Under the pieces are notes generated by a model. It made no database searches and was not told where the DNA came from. It saw only the letters and a list, made by a program, of their open reading frames with translations. From a virus: a DNA stretch of 64,000 nucleotides. Below are positions 9,864 to 18,821 of the stretch, one piece after another. Location of the stretch: positions 1 through 64,000 of IMG/VR virus record IMGVR_UViG_3300032087_004763; one strand, written 5' to 3'. A program made the position numbers and the translations under genes. How positions within the stretch are numbered: position 1 is the first letter of the stretch; the number at the start of each line of letters is the position of its first letter.

Positions 9864-10178
9864 TTACCATTTTACCTTATCTGCCCAATAAGCAGCTGAC
9901 ATCTTGCCTTTAGCAATGTTTTTACCGTGGCGTGCTTTAAATGATGCACGCTTCTTCTTCATTCTCTCTGACTCACCCTTCTTGGGATCACCAGCAGTTT
10001 CAGCTCCTTGTTGACCGAACCGAATTGTTTTTACCTTATCACCCGACTTAGCAACCACGATGTGACTCTTTGTAGGATGACTAGGTGTACGCTTTGCTTT
10101 ATTAAAACCAGTTACACCGGCTCTTGCAAGACGTGGATCTTTTTCTTCGAAGAACTGCTTAAACTTAACCAAACTCAT
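9864..10178 (-). CDS. basic putative internal head protein
   Basis: Start MSLVKFKQFFEE (capsid-targeting-like); KTIRFGQQG...RASFKARH..SAAYWA. Confidence 0.75.
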   Translation of the reverse strand: MSLVKFKQFFEEKDPRLARAGVTGFNKAKRTPSHPTKSHIVVAKSGDKVKTIRFGQQGAETAGDPKKGESERMKKKRASFKARHGKNIAKGKMSAAYWADKVKW

Positions 10179-10935
10179 GTCCAGCAATCCTTCTCATCTG
10201 TTTGTTGAACTCAGCTTGACCTGGTTTATTTTTGTACAACTTCTTAGTTAGACTACTGTTCTTCTTTCCTTTGATTCTCCAGTTGAATCCTTTCTTTTTA
10301 TGTTCTGGGTCAGTAGTTTTTACAAGTCTTCTCTTATACTGAGCTTCGTATGACTCTGGTCCTTTCGGTGCATCAGTACTACCACGAGTTCCTTCTGACA
10401 TACCTTTACTTTTGCAATAATCTCTTGCTGTATCAATATAATCCGTGGCCTTTGTGATCTTTGACTGAACCCACTCAGGCATATTTTCATCATCGTCAAG
10501 CATATCGTGTAATTCTTGTGCAGCATCGATCATAGTTCTTAACTTTGTCTTTGCCATCTCACCTTCTTGGTCATATTCATTAGGATCTTTATTTTCGTTT
10601 TGGCCTGGTGTCATCTTCTTTGCGTGCTTTCTCGCATCATCAGTTCCTTCATCAGGGAGATAGTTTTCAACAGCGAGATGCTTTGGCATCTGACCTTTCT
10701 TTATCATGTCGTTCAGTGTATCCACTAAAAGATTTCCATCTCTTGGTGAAAGACCCATCATCTTTACAACCTGTTGAACACCTTGTCTACCTTTGCCAGG
10801 ATTCTTCTTTCTCCAATCAAGGTACATGCGAACCATACTTTTTAGCTTTGGTTTCATAGCAATTTTATGAAGCCACTGTGGGATCATAGCTGATGATCCA
10901 GTCGTGGTTTCTGTAAAATCCTTGAATCTCTTCAT
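10165..10935 (-). CDS. modular putative internal head protein
   Basis: Start MKRFKDFTE; EGEMAK..LHDMLDDDENMPEWVQSKITKATDY module. Confidence 0.75.
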   Translation of the reverse strand: MKRFKDFTETTTGSSAMIPQWLHKIAMKPKLKSMVRMYLDWRKKNPGKGRQGVQQVVKMMGLSPRDGNLLVDTLNDMIKKGQMPKHLAVENYLPDEGTDDARKHAKKMTPGQNENKDPNEYDQEGEMAKTKLRTMIDAAQELHDMLDDDENMPEWVQSKITKATDYIDTARDYCKSKGMSEGTRGSTDAPKGPESYEAQYKRRLVKTTDPEHKKKGFNWRIKGKKNSSLTKKLYKNKPGQAEFNKQMRRIAGHEFG

Positions 10936-12125
10936 TTTTTAGCCCTAGTAATACCAGCCATACGGTTTCTTTGCTTACGTCTATAATACTTCTCAGCATC
11001 TTTGGCACCCATTTCTCTTGCAATATCTGCAGAGAACTGTTGGTGACCGTAGTCAGACTTTGCTTTATCATGATAGCGTTGTTTCAAATCCTGTGAGATC
11101 TCACCTAGCTTCTTTGGACGACCCTTCATCATATGAAGTTTTCCGTGTCTATCACGATCAGCCTTCTCTTTGTCTTGACGTGCCTTCTGTAAAGGTGACA
11201 TCATTCTCTGTGCCTGGCTACCGTATGCAGCTTCTTTCTGCAGTTGTGGTAGTCCAAACTGACTATTTGGTACTGGCTCAGACTTAGGCTCTGAATGCTT
11301 CTTCATTGGTACAAGTTTTTTACCATCCTTACTAGGAACAACTGAGGCTTCGGTTCTGAGCGATGCACGAGCTACTGGATTACCCATATTACCTTTAGCA
11401 GCGTCTGGACCAAATCCCTTTAATTTCACTTTATTATCTTGCTTAGCAAGTCTTTTTCTCCGTGCAGCATTTCGAGCATCATCATCCTTATTAGGATTTC
11501 CGTGATAGGTCACAGCTTCGTCCATCTCACGGCCCTGAGCCTTATTACGGAAAGCTTTTCTTACTTCCATGTCAGTGTGTCTCTCGACACTCTTAATCAT
11601 AGAAGGCTGCTTAACAATCTTACGAAGCTTCGCCATAATCTCTGCAGTAGACTTGCCAGTCATAAACGTAGGTGGCAGTCCTTCGACATCAACTTTGTAC
11701 TGTACAGCTTCATTTGTTGGCTTTTCGTGAGTATATCCCATCTTAGCATATTTGTTATGATCCGCAGGAGTTTTTGCTGTCACTTCTTTGCCTGTCTTAG
11801 GATCATACATCATATGAGGATACTTTGCAGCTTCGGTAGCAGGCACTTTAGCTCTAGAGCCAGCACCCACTTTCTTATCAAGTTTTGCTCTGGCCATCTG
11901 CAGACCCTTTGCTCTCTTGTTTGCAGTCTTAGTCGCAGCCCGCTTAGCTTCTTTATCTCCACGAGCAAATGCATCAGCACTTGCCTTAGCAGCTTTCTCA
12001 AGAGATCCTGCAGCGCCTGATTTTTTTAGCTTACCTTTATTATCTACAGATAAGCCAATGTAATTAGTAAGCTTTTTAGCAGATACTTCATCTAATTTTG
12101 CTCTGAGCTCTTTTAGTTTTTTCAT
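10932..12125 (-). CDS. basic polyprotein-like putative internal head protein
   Basis: Start MKKLKELRAKLDE; modules separated by xxE|A junctions. Confidence 0.75.
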   Translation of the reverse strand: MKKLKELRAKLDEVSAKKLTNYIGLSVDNKGKLKKSGAAGSLEKAAKASADAFARGDKEAKRAATKTANKRAKGLQMARAKLDKKVGAGSRAKVPATEAAKYPHMMYDPKTGKEVTAKTPADHNKYAKMGYTHEKPTNEAVQYKVDVEGLPPTFMTGKSTAEIMAKLRKIVKQPSMIKSVERHTDMEVRKAFRNKAQGREMDEAVTYHGNPNKDDDARNAARRKRLAKQDNKVKLKGFGPDAAKGNMGNPVARASLRTEASVVPSKDGKKLVPMKKHSEPKSEPVPNSQFGLPQLQKEAAYGSQAQRMMSPLQKARQDKEKADRDRHGKLHMMKGRPKKLGEISQDLKQRYHDKAKSDYGHQQFSADIAREMGAKDAEKYYRRKQRNRMAGITRAKK

Positions 12126-13351
12126 CCTGGAAGCTTCCCATTTTTTCTTCTATTCTTAAGTGTAGTACTTACAGCATCTGCAGCGTCTCTAGGGCTCATA
12201 CCTCTTTTCGTTGCTGCATTATAAGCTCTACCTGGAACAAGAACACCTCGTCCATAGTTCTGCTTAACAGCCTTTGGATCTTGCTTAGCATGCGCAGCAT
12301 CCTTTTCAGCTGCGCGCTTCTTCATATAAGCTTGAACCGCAGGTGACTTTGATGTAGCAAACTTCAGATGATCTCTAAACTTTTGATCAAATGACTTTGC
12401 TTCGCCCATCAAGTCTTTGTCTTTCGCCATCGCTCGCTTGGCATCACGCTCAGCTTTCTTCTTTTCTTTATTGATCTTCTCACCGGCTTTTCTAATCATG
12501 GCAAGACGCTCTGGTGTGCCAGCTTCTTTTGTAAGTCTATCTGTAGCCCTTGCAATACCCTTCTGTCTCTTTACAGACTTCACATAATCTTTACCAGACT
12601 GGTCAGGATTACTCATTGCTTTCTGTGCTGCGCTGTATGCCAAGCCTGCAGCAGATTGTGCTGCTTTAGGAATATAGCTACCGATCGTACTCTTCTTGAG
12701 TTCATCAACTTGAACTGCTTCTTTAAATTCACCCTTCTTAACTTTGTCCATAACTTGCTTGGCAAGATTAGTTGCAGTTGCGTGATCGATTTTCATATTC
12801 TTCTTAAGTGCTTCAATACCATGATTCATACTTTTAGTAGGTTTCATGATTTCATAAGCCCTTTTTGCAATAATATTTTCGCCAAGGTTTGTACTTTTTT
12901 TAGCATAATCAGGTGCTCGTTTAACAGGGCCATATGATGGTGACTTTACTTTGGAAGCTCTTTCACGCTCCCTCGCGAGATCTTGTCTTTCACGCTCTCT
13001 CCGCTTTGCAATTAAGTCTGATTGCGCCTGAAACTTATCTGGAGTCATCTCATCAACAGGCTGTGCATCACGAGCCCTCTTTGCAAGAGTTGTCGCGCGA
13101 GACATCGGAGACTGTTTAGTTCCGTCACTGTTCTTCACATTCTTAATTGGTTTCGCTCCCTTACCAATTACTTTTTCAACGTCTTTTGTTGGAAGAAGTG
13201 CTTCTTGCACAGATTCGTTCTTTGCAGACATGTAAGCAGCAATCGCCATATCACGGCGTTTTTCAGCTGACTTGCCGTCGAATTTAGGATTGTCAGATTT
13301 TTTAAAATCATCAATCCAGGTTTTAATTCCGTCTTTTACTGATAATGGCAT
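12122..13351 (-). CDS. basic polyprotein-like putative internal head protein
   Basis: Junctions VQE|A, VDE|M, LGE|N, FKE|A, VDE|L, TKE|A, MGE|A. Confidence 0.75.
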   Translation of the reverse strand: MPLSVKDGIKTWIDDFKKSDNPKFDGKSAEKRRDMAIAAYMSAKNESVQEALLPTKDVEKVIGKGAKPIKNVKNSDGTKQSPMSRATTLAKRARDAQPVDEMTPDKFQAQSDLIAKRRERERQDLARERERASKVKSPSYGPVKRAPDYAKKSTNLGENIIAKRAYEIMKPTKSMNHGIEALKKNMKIDHATATNLAKQVMDKVKKGEFKEAVQVDELKKSTIGSYIPKAAQSAAGLAYSAAQKAMSNPDQSGKDYVKSVKRQKGIARATDRLTKEAGTPERLAMIRKAGEKINKEKKKAERDAKRAMAKDKDLMGEAKSFDQKFRDHLKFATSKSPAVQAYMKKRAAEKDAAHAKQDPKAVKQNYGRGVLVPGRAYNAATKRGMSPRDAADAVSTTLKNRRKNGKLPG

Positions 13352-13590
13352 TATGCTAGATCCTTATCGTGATTGAGTCCACCTTTCTTTTTCTTCACAA
13401 TGAATGCATTGACTCTTGCATGTCCCCATTGTGATGGAGTTGTGCCAGGTCTGTGACCTGTTTTCCAAGCTGCAACACCGCGGTTGTAAACCTTACGAAG
13501 TGTTCCAACTGAGATTCCTGATTTCTTTGACTTATCGGCCAGAGACTTACCAGCCTTATCTTCTTCAATGTATTGTTGAAATTTAATCAT
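13351..13590 (-). CDS. small basic protein (DUF5824-like), putative internal head protein
   Basis: Start MIKFQQYIEE; SGISVGTLRKVYNRGVAAWKTGHRPGTTPSQWGHARVN. Confidence 0.75.
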   Translation of the reverse strand: MIKFQQYIEEDKAGKSLADKSKKSGISVGTLRKVYNRGVAAWKTGHRPGTTPSQWGHARVNAFIVKKKKGGLNHDKDLA

Positions 13591-14828
13591 GCGCTGGTAG
13601 TCCTTCTGTTAATCTTTCTAGTTCTAAGTGTTCTAGCTCTATCTAATATTGAATCATGACGCTTCTTATCTGCCGCATCTCTTCTTCTCTCAATTTCTTT
13701 TTCACGTGATATTGTAGCACGTGCTTGGTCAACTGTTTGTTCACCGTACATGTCTTTGAAAGCCTTAGTGTATTTACTTGGCTTTGTCTTAGCACCTTTA
13801 TCACCTGGTGCTGGCTTATAGGCTGATGGGTCATCATCACGCTTTTTACCGTGCTTCTTAAAATGAGCGTCTCGCTTTGTCTTAGTCGACTTAGCTAAGC
13901 CTCTATGATAAGCTGCAGGTTGAGATCCTTTACGATCTTTAATATCTGAATCTTGTGGAGTAGATTGCTCACTTAATGATTCCATTACAGAATATTCACG
14001 CTTATTAGGTTCTACTGGTTCGATCGCATCTAACCACTTACGATAAACATTTCCAGATCCTTCAACTATAATGTAGTTTGAACCAAGAGACTTAACTTTA
14101 GCTAGCTCACCGGTTTCCTTTATCGCGACTACATCACCGACATTAAACAACTTACCATTAACATATGACTCACGAATTTCTGATACAGGTTCTAGTTGAA
14201 CATGTTTTGCATATTCTTTTGTTTCTTTCAGTCCCATGCCTTTACGAACCATATTGTAAATGGCTTTTGTCTCTGCGTTCGACACATTCCGTGGAACACC
14301 TTGACTAAATTTTGTAAAGTCACCAGCTGAAGCGGCAGCTCTCATCTTCGAGGCTGACATACCTTCTACACCTTCGGCATCTGGATCTCGATCACCAGCA
14401 GACACGACATTGATTCTACTGAAGTTATAGAATCCGTGACGACCTTTCTGACCATTATACTTCTCGAGGAGTGTACTAAACTCTCTTACTCGATCTGATC
14501 CGACGACCATCACAAGAGTCTTATAGCCTTCTTTGTATAACTCAGATGCTGCATTCATTGCATTCTTTACGTTGTTATTCACCATCACGGATCTCGCATG
14601 CTTTGGAAACATCTTGCGGATAGCTTTGATTTTATCCTTGTATGCAAGAGGATTCTTCTTTGCGTCTTGTGATTGTGATACAAAAATTCTATATGGGTTT
14701 CTACCTGCCTTCGCAGCTAAAGCATTAAAGAGTTTTTCATGACCTGTAGTAGGAGGATTCATTCTACCAAATGTAAAGTAGACTGACTTTTCCTCTTCAA
14801 CAAGAAAGCTCTTAAACGAATTAATCAC
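13587..14828 (-). CDS. cytidyltransferase-like (HIGH superfamily) nucleotidyltransferase with basic C-terminal modules
   Basis: FTFGRMNPPTTGHEKL, VVGSDR, MSASKMR; start MINSFKSFLVEE. Confidence 0.85.
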   Translation of the reverse strand: MINSFKSFLVEEEKSVYFTFGRMNPPTTGHEKLFNALAAKAGRNPYRIFVSQSQDAKKNPLAYKDKIKAIRKMFPKHARSVMVNNNVKNAMNAASELYKEGYKTLVMVVGSDRVREFSTLLEKYNGQKGRHGFYNFSRINVVSAGDRDPDAEGVEGMSASKMRAAASAGDFTKFSQGVPRNVSNAETKAIYNMVRKGMGLKETKEYAKHVQLEPVSEIRESYVNGKLFNVGDVVAIKETGELAKVKSLGSNYIIVEGSGNVYRKWLDAIEPVEPNKREYSVMESLSEQSTPQDSDIKDRKGSQPAAYHRGLAKSTKTKRDAHFKKHGKKRDDDPSAYKPAPGDKGAKTKPSKYTKAFKDMYGEQTVDQARATISREKEIERRRDAADKKRHDSILDRARTLRTRKINRRTTSA

Positions 14829-15368
14829 TTACTTTCTTCCTCGTTTCTTCGCTAACTCAGCCTGACGAACTTTCGGGAAAGCTCTTCGAGCGAGCATATC
14901 AATTCTTTTCTTGATAGCAGGCTTCTCTAATCTCTTTTCTATCTCTTGACGACGAGCATACGTTAGTTCGCTCTTTGGAATGTCTTTCGTGAATTTTTTC
15001 ATAAAGGCTAAGCGAACTTGCCTTCTGGTTCTCTTCATTAATTTTTCTTTTGATGCAATTCTGCGCTTAGCTATCTCTCGACCACGTTTAATTTTAAACT
15101 TGATTTTTTTCATTTGGCGCTTGCGTTGCATACGCTGCTGGACGGTAAGAGCTTCTTCCATGTCGGTTGACTCTGAGTATGTTGCTGTATCGCTTCCAAC
15201 ATCGTGGACTTTACGTCTTCTATAGGCACGATAGTTAGTTAACTCATCTTCACCAGGGCGGTATTGAGTAACATGAAGATCATTGAATGAGAGCTTAGGG
15301 CGATCGAATGGATGAGGCTGGCCATCCATTTCGAGTATATCTTTAAAACGCAGTAACTTGTCTGCCAT
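14829..15368 (-). CDS. Arg/Lys-rich protein, putative internal head protein
   Basis: Start MADKLLRFKDILE; MEE|ALTVQQRMQRKR followed by a highly basic domain. Confidence 0.75.
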   Translation of the reverse strand: MADKLLRFKDILEMDGQPHPFDRPKLSFNDLHVTQYRPGEDELTNYRAYRRRKVHDVGSDTATYSESTDMEEALTVQQRMQRKRQMKKIKFKIKRGREIAKRRIASKEKLMKRTRRQVRLAFMKKFTKDIPKSELTYARRQEIEKRLEKPAIKKRIDMLARRAFPKVRQAELAKKRGRK

Positions 15369-15397
15369 ATCTTCCTCTGGTTTTTCCCATCTATATA

Positions 15398-16624
15398 CTA
15401 CGAACGGCGTGACGTTTGCCAGCCTTTCAAAATATCGGGGCTAAAGTTGGCGTATGAAAATTCCATACGATCAACAATCTTAACCGCATCACCACCAAGT
15501 TGATCAATGGCTACAAAGCCTTCTGATCCTGTGGTCTTGTAACCGTTCTTTGTTTTTAGAAACGTTGATATTTTATTAAAACGGTCTAATATATTTATCA
15601 GTTTTAGTTTCGCCAGAATGATAACTTTTTGCAAATCGAATATTTTTTTCAAAGAAGCTTGATTCTTGGCTGAGAAGAAATCTAATATTTCTTTTAACGC
15701 TTTCTGCTGAGTAGCTTTCCCAGCTGGAGTCGTTCTCTTATCGATTTCTTTTTGGTATTTACCTTTGATCCAGGTAATGAGTTTTCTCGTGTGCGCTCGA
15801 GTGTCATTAACAACTGTGCCTGCTCGTACGTAGGTGTTGTTAAATTGCTCAATGTGTTGTGCAAGTTTTTGATTCGATTCGAGCTCCCTAAGAGTCGAAC
15901 CTGCGATTTGGTTAAATAGCACCCCAGCTTGTTTAAGATAGCCATTTACTTCCTCCGTGTCTTTTGAAGACATCGTATAGGAAGTCATGTCTCGTAACAT
16001 GGCGTCTTGTGACCATACATTTGTTGTTGTTTTAAATTTCGAGACATCTACTCCATACGATGCTTTGAGTGTTTCGAATGTCCTACCACTATAGGAGGTA
16101 TGCCATACAACTCCTATCTTGGCTTTTTTGATTTGTTTTGCCATTTCCGTATCTGCCGGTACCGCATAGACGATCGTGTTAGGATGGAAAGTAACATAGG
16201 ATTTTCCTTTGATTTTCTTAGTTTGTATATCGTCGCTTGAGAATAGAAAATCGCCTTGAACCACACCTCGTATGCCAAGAGCCGGCAAATAAGCCAAAGC
16301 TTGCTTAAGCTTTGCATTTAAATCTCCACTTGTGTCCGCATCAATGTCTGCGTCAGTTTTGTATACCTTCGGATTTTTGTTGAAGATACCTTTCTTCGCT
16401 ACAAAAAATTCGCCATCACGAGGATCGGTACCAGCAAAAATAGCAGGAGCTCCATCCCATTTAACAGATACTCTACCATCGTGTTCTCCTGCAAATGTAT
16501 CTCGAAGCGATCGTAATGCTAGAATCGCTTCACGTGTACCATTGACTCCACCATAGAGAACCTTATCCTCGATGTGGGTCATATGTGTATTCTTTTGTTC
16601 TGTTATATAATCTCTAAAATACAT
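15398..16624 (-). CDS. ATP-dependent ligase-like covalent nucleotidyltransferase (DUF6267-like)
   Basis: Motifs in ligase order: SVKWDG (I), VQGDFLF (III), SEGFV (IV), AVKIV (V); start MYFRDYITE. Confidence 0.65.
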   Translation of the reverse strand: MYFRDYITEQKNTHMTHIEDKVLYGGVNGTREAILALRSLRDTFAGEHDGRVSVKWDGAPAIFAGTDPRDGEFFVAKKGIFNKNPKVYKTDADIDADTSGDLNAKLKQALAYLPALGIRGVVQGDFLFSSDDIQTKKIKGKSYVTFHPNTIVYAVPADTEMAKQIKKAKIGVVWHTSYSGRTFETLKASYGVDVSKFKTTTNVWSQDAMLRDMTSYTMSSKDTEEVNGYLKQAGVLFNQIAGSTLRELESNQKLAQHIEQFNNTYVRAGTVVNDTRAHTRKLITWIKGKYQKEIDKRTTPAGKATQQKALKEILDFFSAKNQASLKKIFDLQKVIILAKLKLINILDRFNKISTFLKTKNGYKTTGSEGFVAIDQLGGDAVKIVDRMEFSYANFSPDILKGWQTSRRS

Positions 16625-16640
16625 GAATCTGGTCTACCAT

Positions 16641-17393
16641 CTAGTTCTCGATTAATATTATGTCAAATGATGATGAAATTGTTGATCCGGTTGATGCAAT
16701 TGCTCTTATTTCTATATCTGTTTTCGGCGGAAGTTCAATTGGAACTTTATAATCTCGTGTATGAAAACCACCAGGAACATCCATAATATCTCTTGTTCTA
16801 AATGCTCCAAGAACGTTTTCAACTTGTCTCGTAAATAGTGTTGCAGTTGCTGAAGAGTTATAAGCGCTAACTCCAACATTCCATTGAGTTAAATATCCAG
16901 TGCAGTGAGCTGGAATAGTATAAAGACCTAACATTGTTTGACCTAGACCATAAGTCGTACCAATTCCAATTGTACCGATATCAGCTAAGACTGTGCCACC
17001 GCCACCGGCTGCTGTTGATATTATTACATTACCTTCATTTGTACCAGTTGAACCTGCAGATGCAACAAACGCACGAAAGACTCTCAAAAATTCAGCAGTA
17101 CCTACAAGATTATTAACCGGCTGAGTTACATTAATTTCATTGTAATTTGCATCCAATCCTATAATCGTTACCGTTCGTGCTCCATTTCCAGTTGGGTTAT
17201 CATCTCCATCATTACTTGAAACAAAAACAGTTGATGGCGAAGTAAGGTAGGTATAAAGACCACCTTGTTGCCATATCGTTTCAGGAGCACCACCTACACT
17301 TGGATTACGTCCAAACTTATGAATATACGAGTATTTGTGGATTAAACCTTGCCCGATGTTTAAGTAATCATCTGATTCGAAATATTTAGACAT
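16641..17393 (-). CDS. hypothetical beta-rich protein, possibly virion-associated
   Basis: IHKFGRNPSVG..ETIWQQGG; G/T/V-rich, unlike its basic neighbours. Confidence 0.65.
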   Translation of the reverse strand: MSKYFESDDYLNIGQGLIHKYSYIHKFGRNPSVGGAPETIWQQGGLYTYLTSPSTVFVSSNDGDDNPTGNGARTVTIIGLDANYNEINVTQPVNNLVGTAEFLRVFRAFVASAGSTGTNEGNVIISTAAGGGGTVLADIGTIGIGTTYGLGQTMLGLYTIPAHCTGYLTQWNVGVSAYNSSATATLFTRQVENVLGAFRTRDIMDVPGGFHTRDYKVPIELPPKTDIEIRAIASTGSTISSSFDIILIEN

Positions 17394-18775
17394 TATGCTG
17401 CACTCACTTTGACGTATACTGATGAATCATCGAGTTTTGATCCTGCATAGTTAACCATGTAGGACATAAAATCGTCTTGTTGTTTTTTCTTTGCTGTATG
17501 TAAAGCATGTGCAATTGTTGTCACACCAAGCTTTGCATGAATTCTGTCAATAGTAGCCGTTGCTAATCCTGACTCAAACTCTTCCTCTGTAATTGATGAA
17601 TCGATTGCTTTTGCCTTCCTAAATAAATCTGGTGCTTTCTTTGTACGTAAAATTGTTCTCGCTTCAGTTTTTAGCTGAGCATTTGTTGGTAGCTTTACAT
17701 TTAAGAAAGTACTTGCAGCATATTCAAGTTGAGAGTAACCGGCTCTACCGCCACGTGCACCTTTCAGAATAATCTCCATATTTAGTGCGCCCATAGAACT
17801 TGGTGCTCTAATATCAGCCTTTTTTGTTTTGTCAAAGAATACATCTCCGCCCTTACCTGACCAAAATGTGGATTTTGCTTGTTCAGCTTTAACTCTTACA
17901 CGAGTAAAGACATGTCGGTCAAGTTCTTTCTTTTCCATATTTAGAACTTCATGCTTAGCCTTAGCTTCAAGCTTGTTGATTTGCTTAAGCGAAATACCTA
18001 CGATATCTCTTGATACAAAATTCTTTGCAAGCGAAGCATTTAATGTTTCGATTGATGTAGAATCTAAAGCTCTCTTTACATCTATACCAGATCTCACTGC
18101 CCAGATATCACCTGGATTCCACTTATCATCTGTTAGAACTGGCTTACCTGAATTCTTGAATGCTGTTTTCTTCATGGCATAAATCGCTTTCATAGTAATA
18201 GATCCACGATGAAATTTGTGTTGCTTCGTAACAAATCCTTCTTCGATAAGATGCTTTGCAGTTACATAGGCCGAGTAGTGCCATTCAGCTGCAGCCTTCA
18301 TCATTTTCTCGTACGAAACATCTGTTTCGATATTGTTAGCGTGTCCTTTTAGAAGCTCTGGTGTAAAATGCGGAAACTCTTTATTCTTTCCTTCGGCAAG
18401 CATTGCTTGTAGATATAAACATTGTAGAGACTCACCATCTGCTGTGTTACCAGTTGCTCCCGCACCTGCACCTTTACCACCAAAGACCGGTGATTTACCA
18501 ACCTGATTAGATTGAATAATAGTCCCATCTTCCAATTCTAGTGGAAATGATTTTGTGGCATCATCGCTTTTAATGAAGGCTTTTACTGAATTTATGTTTT
18601 GAGCAATATTCTTTACTTTTAAGTCTTTACCCATAGTATCGGTTACGGGATTTGTAGGACTTTGAATCACATCAATAAGAATATTGAGACGCTTGTCTCC
18701 ATACTTGAACCACTCGGCTCGAGACATTGGCTTGAACACGGTCTTCTCCAGTAAGAATGCTTTAAATCTGAGCAT
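17393..18775 (-). CDS. putative PD-(D/E)xK restriction-endonuclease-like protein with capsid-targeting N-terminus
   Basis: TADGES (E) ... DKWNPGDIW ... GISLKQ (SxK variant); start MLRFKAFLLE. Confidence 0.6.
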   Translation of the reverse strand: MLRFKAFLLEKTVFKPMSRAEWFKYGDKRLNILIDVIQSPTNPVTDTMGKDLKVKNIAQNINSVKAFIKSDDATKSFPLELEDGTIIQSNQVGKSPVFGGKGAGAGATGNTADGESLQCLYLQAMLAEGKNKEFPHFTPELLKGHANNIETDVSYEKMMKAAAEWHYSAYVTAKHLIEEGFVTKQHKFHRGSITMKAIYAMKKTAFKNSGKPVLTDDKWNPGDIWAVRSGIDVKRALDSTSIETLNASLAKNFVSRDIVGISLKQINKLEAKAKHEVLNMEKKELDRHVFTRVRVKAEQAKSTFWSGKGGDVFFDKTKKADIRAPSSMGALNMEIILKGARGGRAGYSQLEYAASTFLNVKLPTNAQLKTEARTILRTKKAPDLFRKAKAIDSSITEEEFESGLATATIDRIHAKLGVTTIAHALHTAKKKQQDDFMSYMVNYAGSKLDDSSVYVKVSAA

Positions 18776-18777
18776 AA

Positions 18778-18816
18778 AAATAGTACCACAATAAGTGTAT
18801 TATGGTACTATTTATA
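18778..18816 (-). promoter_or_regulatory. T4-type late promoter TATAAATA (18816-18809) overlapping a 16-bp hairpin
   Basis: AAATAGTACCATAATA-CACT-TATTGTGGTACTATTT immediately before the ATG at 18775. Confidence 0.8.
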
Positions 18817-18821
18817 CGTTT

